DNA from: Candidatus Hydrogenedentota bacterium
GTDB lineage: Bacteria > Hydrogenedentota > Hydrogenedentia > Hydrogenedentales > JAEUWI01
Length of the DNA: 64,000 nucleotides
Direction of reading: 5' to 3'
NCBI GenBank assembly: GCA_034669905.1
Contig: JAXMOL010000005.1
Span: forward strand, 64,001 to 128,000
Positions 57,643 through 64,000 of the stretch are shown here, piece after piece. Position 1 is the first letter of the stretch, and the number at the start of each line of letters is the position of its first letter. Below the pieces are notes generated by a model that worked only from the letters and a program-made list of their open reading frames with translations, did not search any database and had not been told where the DNA came from. The position numbers were made by a program, and so were the translations under genes.

Positions 57643-59763
57643 CTACATGTCCCCGCTTCCCGGTCGATAGGTGCGCAACAATTGCCCTTCGATCTCCGCT
57701 TCCGTAAAGGCGACGGGCTTCATGGTGTGATTCGCAAAGAGGGGCGTCTGGTCGTTGTAGTGCGGCGAATCGGGCCGACCGCTTTGGCTGTAGGCCAACA
57801 CCGAGTAGGCCTTCGGCGTCTCCCCGAACTCGACGACAAACACATAACCATCACCCCCGTTCATTACATAGCGGCCGTCTTCCCCTTCGGTAAAATCACA
57901 GACGCGGAAGCAACCGAGATCGCCATCGCCGCCGCCGACGGGCAGGTCCACGTCACCCCTCCGTATCCGGTGCACGTCCCCCCAGGCCACGTCCCACGAA
58001 CCCCACCGCGCAGTACACTCGGCCATGGCCTCCCGAAAGGCCGGCAAGACCCGCTCAGGAGCCCCAATACCCAGGGGCGTCGACATGGGCGTTTTCTCAT
58101 CCCAATCTTCGGCGAATCGATGGTCCCCCTTGCGGTAGATAGACCACCACACCTTGAAGAGCACACTGCCCTTGCTCTCGGCCCGGACAGAATTCTCCCA
58201 CCGCTTTAAGAGTTCCCGTGCGGCGCGCTCCTCGTCGTTCAAGTCGGCCTCGCCAAGGATTTCCAGCAGGTCGGGCTTCACCCGGTCTGCCAGCAGCATA
58301 TTCATACTGAACTTCGCCTCCATCAGCGACTCCAGATCAAATTTTGTATCATTGTGAATCAGCCCCAGGCCGTGCTGGGTGCGCAGACTGAGGGCATTGT
58401 CGGGAAAGTGCGCGGGATAGTCTTCCCGCTTCAGCGGAAGATGGAGATTGGTCAAGTAGGGCGGCGAGTTACAGTTTTGCACGTAGCCGCCGGCGGGATT
58501 GATGAATTGCATTAACTCTTCCACCGGGTGAATCCGGGTCCACACCTCATCGGTCGTCCCCACCGGCATCGCCTCATTGCCATGGGCCGGGTGGGGCAAG
58601 TCGGGCACCGTGCCATTCCAGAGATACATGATGTTCCCCGCCCGGTCCGCATAGGACACATTAAACATGGGAATCTCCTGCATGGCAAGCACGGCGCGAA
58701 ATTCTTCCAGATCTTGTGCTTTGGTCATGCGGTACCACTGGACGCCCGTCTGGTATTGCTCATAGCCCACCGAACGCAGGATGAAAGCACTCGAGTCATT
58801 TCGGTGAATCACGGGGCCAAGGGGACTCCACCAGAACTCCCGCTGGAGCGGCGTGTCGCCTTCGGTGAGAATGGTGACCACCTCATGCTCCAAGGGGATA
58901 GAACCGCCATCGAATAGATAGTGGTCCGGCTGCGCGGGGTCGAGGGCCACTTCGTAAAGCTCATACAGGTCGGGGTGGTTCACCGTGTGGGACCAGCCAA
59001 GATTATCGTTGAATCCCGTGCTGAGAATGGGACCGCCGGCGAAGGTCGAACCATAGAAATTATAGACACCGGGAACGGTGATGTGGGCCTCATAGTAGTT
59101 GGCCTCTTCCGACCAGGGCTGGTGAGGATTATTCAACAGGAGGGCGTGGCCATTTTTCGTGCGCCACGGTGCGAGGGCAATGGTATTCGACCCCATCGGC
59201 GCTTCCGACAACATTTCCAAGGCAGCCCGGGTGCTCTCCCCCTTCTCCACGGCACGCTTGAGTCGTCCAATGACGTTCCCTCGAAGGAAGGTAAAACGCA
59301 TGACCGCCACCTGCCACGCGCAGCCTACATCGTGGGGCGTGACCGGTGTCATCCAGTCCTCCCGCTCCTGCGGATGGGCCGCCATGTAGGCATTAATTCC
59401 CGCCGCAAACCCCGTCAGGACGCTCCGGTAATCTGCGGGCAAGCGGTGAAAATTATCCACCACCCGTTTCCGCGCACGGAGCTGCCGGGTCTGAAAATCG
59501 TATTCCACGTTACCCTCGCTTGCGCCATACCAGCGACTGACCTCACTCCGTCCCCGCACCACCGATTTATAAACGATAGGAAAATGATCCTCACATTGGG
59601 CCCAGGCGAATCCATAGGCCGCGGCTTTTTCGTTGTCCGCGAGGATGTGGGGCACCCCGTAATCTGTGCGGCGAATGGTGACCTGGTCGGCAAGGGCCGC
59701 AGGGGATTCCGCTATAACGGGGAGGGCAACAAGACTCAGGAGTAAACAAATGAATGGACGCAT
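57643..59763 (-). CDS. Penicillin acylase family Ntn-hydrolase (S45)
   Basis: Signal peptide; YGVPHI; GSN (Ser-beta1); NPHQPW; GWSHTVN; QNCN. Confidence 0.92.
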   Translation of the reverse strand: MRPFICLLLSLVALPVIAESPAALADQVTIRRTDYGVPHILADNEKAAAYGFAWAQCEDHFPIVYKSVVRGRSEVSRWYGASEGNVEYDFQTRQLRARKRVVDNFHRLPADYRSVLTGFAAGINAYMAAHPQEREDWMTPVTPHDVGCAWQVAVMRFTFLRGNVIGRLKRAVEKGESTRAALEMLSEAPMGSNTIALAPWRTKNGHALLLNNPHQPWSEEANYYEAHITVPGVYNFYGSTFAGGPILSTGFNDNLGWSHTVNHPDLYELYEVALDPAQPDHYLFDGGSIPLEHEVVTILTEGDTPLQREFWWSPLGPVIHRNDSSAFILRSVGYEQYQTGVQWYRMTKAQDLEEFRAVLAMQEIPMFNVSYADRAGNIMYLWNGTVPDLPHPAHGNEAMPVGTTDEVWTRIHPVEELMQFINPAGGYVQNCNSPPYLTNLHLPLKREDYPAHFPDNALSLRTQHGLGLIHNDTKFDLESLMEAKFSMNMLLADRVKPDLLEILGEADLNDEERAARELLKRWENSVRAESKGSVLFKVWWSIYRKGDHRFAEDWDEKTPMSTPLGIGAPERVLPAFREAMAECTARWGSWDVAWGDVHRIRRGDVDLPVGGGDGDLGCFRVCDFTEGEDGRYVMNGGDGYVFVVEFGETPKAYSVLAYSQSGRPDSPHYNDQTPLFANHTMKPVAFTEAEIEGQLLRTYRPGSGDM

Positions 59764-59925
59764 GGGATGAAAACTTTCCTTCTCTAAGTGACGGTCTTCA
59801 CACACCAGGCGAGACGTCGGGCAGCGACGGACGCGCCATGGCGTGTTTCAGAGATAGTATAGGGTCTCACCCGTGCCATTTCGAGTCGCGCCCCGGCCCA
59901 CCGTCCGCCCCTCTTGCCACGTCGG

Positions 59926-60711
59926 TCAGAATGCGGTCAATCCGTCTAACACAGAAGGCAGGATCGGGAAAGTACCCAGGGGAACGAATTCCACGTGACC
60001 ATCCTGAAAGAGCACATGGCTTCCGTAGAAATCCTTCCGGCCCGACCGGTTTCTCCAGGTGGCTATTTCGATGAGCACGGGTACCGAACTTGGTGCCACA
60101 GAGGGATAATCCACATAGTTCAGGTCCTCCGTCCGAACAATGAACGTGCATCCCGGACGATTGCGCGTCGCAAAGAAAAGAGGCCCGTCGGTAGATCTGG
60201 TGCCACCAATGGCATCGGCGAGGGTCCCACCTCGTCTTGAATCCACGAGGGCCAGCAGTTCTGCTTCATTCGTGACCACAAAATTGATGTAGGCGAAACT
60301 CTCCGCCATGACCTTCGCGGCAAAGTCATAGTCGCGTAATGGCTCGGTCAGGGCGGCGCGGGAGAGGTCCATTAAATTCTCGGCCTCGGGGTGCTCCCGT
60401 CCCACGAGCAGCGCCGGGCTCGGTAGATACTCGGGATGTATCGACGCCAAATCGGGCACCCAACGACCGGGAAGATTCGCCAGGGGCGGTAGCTTCTCAC
60501 CCGCTGATTCGTTGGAATACATGGCGAAAACCAGCCCCCACTGCTTCATCCTGTTCGGGGTACTGACCCGATTGCTGTCAGATTCACGTTCCCGCAACGC
60601 CGACAGCAGTGGCGCGATGAGAAGCCCTGCAAACACCAGGAAGAGCAAAAGCTTCCAGACCTTCGGTTTTGCGGCATGTTGTTCTGTGTTGGAGTCCGGC
60701 AACGAATGCAT
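59926..60711 (-). CDS. Stand-alone DUF1559/H-X9-DG-like pilin-type protein
   Basis: TM, then NRMKQWGLVFAMYSNES.GE..P ... HVLFQDGHVEF. Confidence 0.78.
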   Translation of the reverse strand: MHSLPDSNTEQHAAKPKVWKLLLFLVFAGLLIAPLLSALRERESDSNRVSTPNRMKQWGLVFAMYSNESAGEKLPPLANLPGRWVPDLASIHPEYLPSPALLVGREHPEAENLMDLSRAALTEPLRDYDFAAKVMAESFAYINFVVTNEAELLALVDSRRGGTLADAIGGTRSTDGPLFFATRNRPGCTFIVRTEDLNYVDYPSVAPSSVPVLIEIATWRNRSGRKDFYGSHVLFQDGHVEFVPLGTFPILPSVLDGLTAF

Positions 60712-60754
60712 CGGTCATACCTCATCTTTTCAGGAAGACATCTCTATGCCCCTT

Positions 60755-60781
60755 ACTACGTAGGAAAACGGATGAGGTTCA
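60755..60781 (-). promoter_or_regulatory. Candidate ECF promoter
   Basis: TGAACC-N15-CGTAGT ~45 bp upstream of the 60711 start. Confidence 0.45.
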
Positions 60782-60825
60782 TTTCGAGCTTGGGTGATTC
60801 CGTGCCGTGGAACCGGTGCCTGGGG

Positions 60826-61791
60826 TCAACCCGTCAGGCCACTTAATCCATCCAATACAGAACGGACGATAGGGAAGGTGCCGAATGGTACGAATTCCAC
60901 ATGGCCATCCATATAGAGCACATTGGCTCCTTCGAATTCTTCTGCAGACTTCTTGTGCTTCCACCCCGCAATCTCGATCAATACGGGAATGGTCGATTGG
61001 GCCTTGGCCGTACCCGCAGGATTATTGATATCGGTCAGGAGAAAGCGCTCAATTCCTTCCCGCAAGGGCAGCACCCCCTGGTATTCTTTGGCTTCCAGGC
61101 GACCGCCTTCCCGGGCCGCCTGAAGGGCCTCAAAGTCGGCGACATCACTCACCGTATAGCCCAGGTACGCATAGTTCTCCGCCATCAGCGAAGCGAGTGC
61201 CTCGCGGTCTCCCGCCTGGGAAGCCAGTTCGTTGGTCAGTTGATGGGAATCTGGGTGGGAAGGGGACAGAACCATATGCGGATCGCTCCAATATTCCTTC
61301 TCCAACGATGCCAGATCGGGCACCCACCCCTCCCGCTCCCGATCGAGGGAAGGATAGCGCTCGCCCTCGGACTCATTGGCGTACATTTTGAAGACAATCC
61401 CCCACTGCTTCATCTGATTTTGCGAGGTATTGCGTCGGGCCGCTTCCCGCGAGCGGTTCAACAGGGGAAGCACCACCACGGCAATCAAGCACGCAACCAC
61501 GAACGCGCCCCCGACCATCGCAAGAGGCCGACACTGCTGACCCCGGGCCGTCGCCTCGGTGGTCACGTGGGCAAAGGTTCGTTCCGCGAGGCCCGGGCGG
61601 GGCGACGCGACAGGCAGGGATTCAGACAGACCGCGAAGGTGGTCCCGCTGCACTTCCAGGGCGCTCCGACACGCCGGGCACCCTTCCAGGTGCTGGGCCA
61701 CCGCACGGGTCGCTTTTTCGGACAAGGTCTCCAGCGCATAGGCCTGGAGTTGGCCCCGGATCGTCTCACAGTGTGCCGTCGGCTCCATCAT
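60826..61791 (-). CDS. Zinc-finger (ZAS/zf-HC2) anti-sigma factor with a DUF1559/H-X9-DG-like outer domain
   Basis: HLEGCPAC; TM; REAARR..SQNQMKQWGIVFKMYANES ... GANVLYMDGHVEF; ATGA overlap with the sigma gene. Confidence 0.85.
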   Translation of the reverse strand: MMEPTAHCETIRGQLQAYALETLSEKATRAVAQHLEGCPACRSALEVQRDHLRGLSESLPVASPRPGLAERTFAHVTTEATARGQQCRPLAMVGGAFVVACLIAVVVLPLLNRSREAARRNTSQNQMKQWGIVFKMYANESEGERYPSLDREREGWVPDLASLEKEYWSDPHMVLSPSHPDSHQLTNELASQAGDREALASLMAENYAYLGYTVSDVADFEALQAAREGGRLEAKEYQGVLPLREGIERFLLTDINNPAGTAKAQSTIPVLIEIAGWKHKKSAEEFEGANVLYMDGHVEFVPFGTFPIVRSVLDGLSGLTG

Positions 61792-62411
61792 TGCGACGCC
61801 TCCCAAACGTCCATCAATTGACGAACCGCCTTGTTCATCCGAGACTTCACCGTCCCGGTCGGAATACGCAGTGCGGTGGCAATTTCCGCATAGGACAGAC
61901 CCTCCTGGTGGGCCATGAGAAAAACCGCCCGATGCTTCACACTCAGAGTCGCCAGGGCCGCCTCCATGCGCGCCGCCAATTCCCCGGCAATGGCCGCTTC
62001 ATCGGGCTGGATGGCCGTCGCCGCTTCTTTGCTCAGGGGGTCGTATCCCAGTTCCTCGCCCCGACGCGCCAATGAAGATACCGGGATTTCCGGCCGCCTT
62101 TTTCGGTATCGGAGCCGATCCTTGCAGAGGTTGGTGGCGATACGATAGAGCCACGGGCGGAAGGGTGCCCCGGGCCGAAAGCGGGCACGGTGCTGGTAGA
62201 CGCGGAGAAAACTCTCCTGGAAGATTTCTTCGGCATCGGACGCATTGCCGAGCATTTTGCGCGCGTAATTGAACAAGGAAGCCTCATAGCGGTGAATCAG
62301 GACTGCGAGGGCGCGTTGGTCACCCGCGTTGACCTGGGCCATCAACTGCTCATCGGACCGGGCATCCGCAGCCCCGTCTGCTACTTCCCTATACGTTCTA
62401 TCACCTGTCAC
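61788..62411 (-). CDS. ECF RNA polymerase sigma factor
   Basis: SDEQLM, DAEEIFQESF, WLYRIATN, SYAEIA...GTVKSR. Confidence 0.93.
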   Translation of the reverse strand: MTGDRTYREVADGAADARSDEQLMAQVNAGDQRALAVLIHRYEASLFNYARKMLGNASDAEEIFQESFLRVYQHRARFRPGAPFRPWLYRIATNLCKDRLRYRKRRPEIPVSSLARRGEELGYDPLSKEAATAIQPDEAAIAGELAARMEAALATLSVKHRAVFLMAHQEGLSYAEIATALRIPTGTVKSRMNKAVRQLMDVWEASQ

Positions 62412-62417
62412 GGTTCA
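62390..62417 (-). promoter_or_regulatory. Candidate ECF promoter at the 5' end of the sigma gene
   Basis: TGAACC-N16-CGTATA; overlaps the predicted GTG start, so either the start call or this site is uncertain. Confidence 0.4.
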
Positions 62418-62600
62418 ACCTCACACCCGCCATGGTATCCGACAAGGCCGGTGCGATAGCAAGCCAACACGCGCAGAATTCGCGTATTGATTGGAATCTT
62501 TCCGGGCCGGAATGCTAAGCTACGCGCGCTCCTTTAACAAGGGCAGATGTTGTAAACCTCAAAGAACTTGTGTACCCCATGTGCCACCGTTGAACTTCCC

Positions 62601-63449
62601 ATGACGTCGACCGACTCCGAAGCCCCAGATCGTGCACCGCACAAGGTTCGCTCCGATACCCCCTTTTTCGTCGGATTGTTTCTTCTGAGTGGGGTCTACC
62701 TCTTTCTCATTGTGGCCATGATTCTGGCCAACTCGGCCTACACTTCGGTGGATATCTTCGCCCGCACCCTCGCCTCGCCAGAAATCCGCTATGCTATCAA
62801 GCTCAGCCTCATCACCTGCAGCGTAACCACCATTCTTTCGCTCTGGGTCGCCACCGCCCTGGGGTACTGCATGTCGCGCTTTGAATTCCGGGGGAAATCC
62901 CTGCTTGACTCCGTACTCGACATCCCCATCGTACTGCCTCCCCTGGTTATCGGGCTGAGTCTCCTCATCCTTTTTCGTTCAGGGCCGGGCATCTGGTTCG
63001 AGAATCTCTTTGTGGCCCTCACAGGCTACCGAATCACGTACGCCATCCCCGGGGTGATTCTGGCCCAGTTCATGGTCGCCTGCGCCTTTGCCGTGCGGAC
63101 CATGCGGGCTACCTTTGACGAGATTCCCGCCCGGTGTGAACACGTAGCCCTGACGCTCGGCTGCTCTCGGAGCCAGGCTTTCTGGTCCGTCTCCCTGCCC
63201 GAAGCACGTCGGGGACTCCTCGTCGCCGCCACCCTCGCCTGGGCACGCTCCCTCGGAGAATTTGGCCCCATCCTGATTTTTGCCGGGGCCACCCGGATGA
63301 AGACCGAAGTGATGCCCACCTCCGTTTTCCTGCAAATGAGTATCGGGGACATAGAATCCGCCGTGGCCGTCTCGATGTTGATGATTCTGGCCGCCATGGC
63401 CGTGTTGGTCGTCGTGCGACTTTGGGGAACAGAATCCTATGTCCGATAG
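62601..63449 (+). CDS. modB: Molybdate ABC permease
   Basis: DIPIVLPPLVIG, EAA-like loop, WARSLGEFG. Confidence 0.88.
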   Translation: MTSTDSEAPDRAPHKVRSDTPFFVGLFLLSGVYLFLIVAMILANSAYTSVDIFARTLASPEIRYAIKLSLITCSVTTILSLWVATALGYCMSRFEFRGKSLLDSVLDIPIVLPPLVIGLSLLILFRSGPGIWFENLFVALTGYRITYAIPGVILAQFMVACAFAVRTMRATFDEIPARCEHVALTLGCSRSQAFWSVSLPEARRGLLVAATLAWARSLGEFGPILIFAGATRMKTEVMPTSVFLQMSIGDIESAVAVSMLMILAAMAVLVVVRLWGTESYVR

Positions 63450-63467
63450 CACCGAAGGTATGTGCCC

Positions 63468-64000
63468 ATGATAGCGCTCCAGGATGTATCGGTGCAGGCC
63501 GGCGCCTTCCGGCTCAACAGGATTTCCCTCCACATCCCGACCGGTGAATATGGCATCCTTATGGGGAAGACCGGCTGTGGGAAAACGACGCTGCTCGAGG
63601 CCATCTGTGGCCTGAAACGGGTGGTATCGGGCACCATCACGCTCGGTGACCGGGATGTCACCCGCCTGAAACCCGCCGAGCGGGGGATTGGGTTCGTGCC
63701 CCAGGACAAGGCCCTCTTCTCCACCATGACCGTCTATGAGCACCTGGCCTTCGCCCTGCGCATCCGCAACTGGGACGACCACGCCCTCGACACACGGGTC
63801 TGCGAGCTGGCGGAACTACTGGGTATCAGTGCCCTGCTGACCCGACGGCCCTACGGCCTCAGTGGCGGCGAGTCCCAACGTGTCGCCCTCGGGCGTGCAT
63901 TGTCGGCCCACCCCCACGTGCTCTGTCTCGATGAGCCGCTGAGTGCATTGGATGAAGACACTCGGCAGGAAATCTGTGATCTGTTGGCCACAATCCAAAC
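63468..64000 (+). CDS. modC: Molybdate ABC ATPase (partial, runs off the right edge)
   Basis: Read manually: MIALQDVSV...GKTGCGKTT...LSGGESQRVALGRAL...LDEPLSALD. Confidence 0.85.
   Translation, partial: MIALQDVSVQAGAFRLNRISLHIPTGEYGILMGKTGCGKTTLLEAICGLKRVVSGTITLGDRDVTRLKPAERGIGFVPQDKALFSTMTVYEHLAFALRIRNWDDHALDTRVCELAELLGISALLTRRPYGLSGGESQRVALGRALSAHPHVLCLDEPLSALDEDTRQEICDLLATIQ

Overview
GC-rich bacterial chromosomal segment. The DUF1559/H-X9-DG pilin-like proteins, ECF sigma factors with C-terminal extensions, PQQ beta-propeller proteins, DUF1080 and ThuA suggest Candidatus Hydrogenedentes or a PVC-like lineage (inference). About 55 CDS; no rRNA, tRNA, CRISPR array or transposase is evident. 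Ordinary content: pilT, an Fe-S maturation cluster, lepB, rhomboid, glgC, Crp, a glycosylation locus, hemH, acyl-CoA dehydrogenase, sugar catabolism genes, thiF/moeB and a split modA...modBC. Most notable: (1) an ECF sigma factor fused through a TM helix and Pro-rich linker to a discoidin-like domain that also occurs as three flanking stand-alone secreted paralogues (32.4-36.7 kb); (2) an ECF sigma plus zinc-finger anti-sigma whose outer domain is pilin-like, followed by a free copy of that domain, with a shared TGAACC-N15/16-CGTA motif (59.9-62.4 kb); (3) a translationally coupled dynamin-like triad (28.5-32.2 kb); (4) an orphan Lys-rich clan-CD (C80-like) cysteine peptidase; (5) a PEP-CTERM protein with a thrombospondin-C-like domain behind a sigma-54 site; (6) a Cys-motif-rich PQQ-propeller/methyltransferase/ABC cluster; (7) a GTAG-type REP family that overlaps TAG stop codons and forms a ~270-bp tandem mosaic array. 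All family calls come from motif recognition by eye, not database searches.
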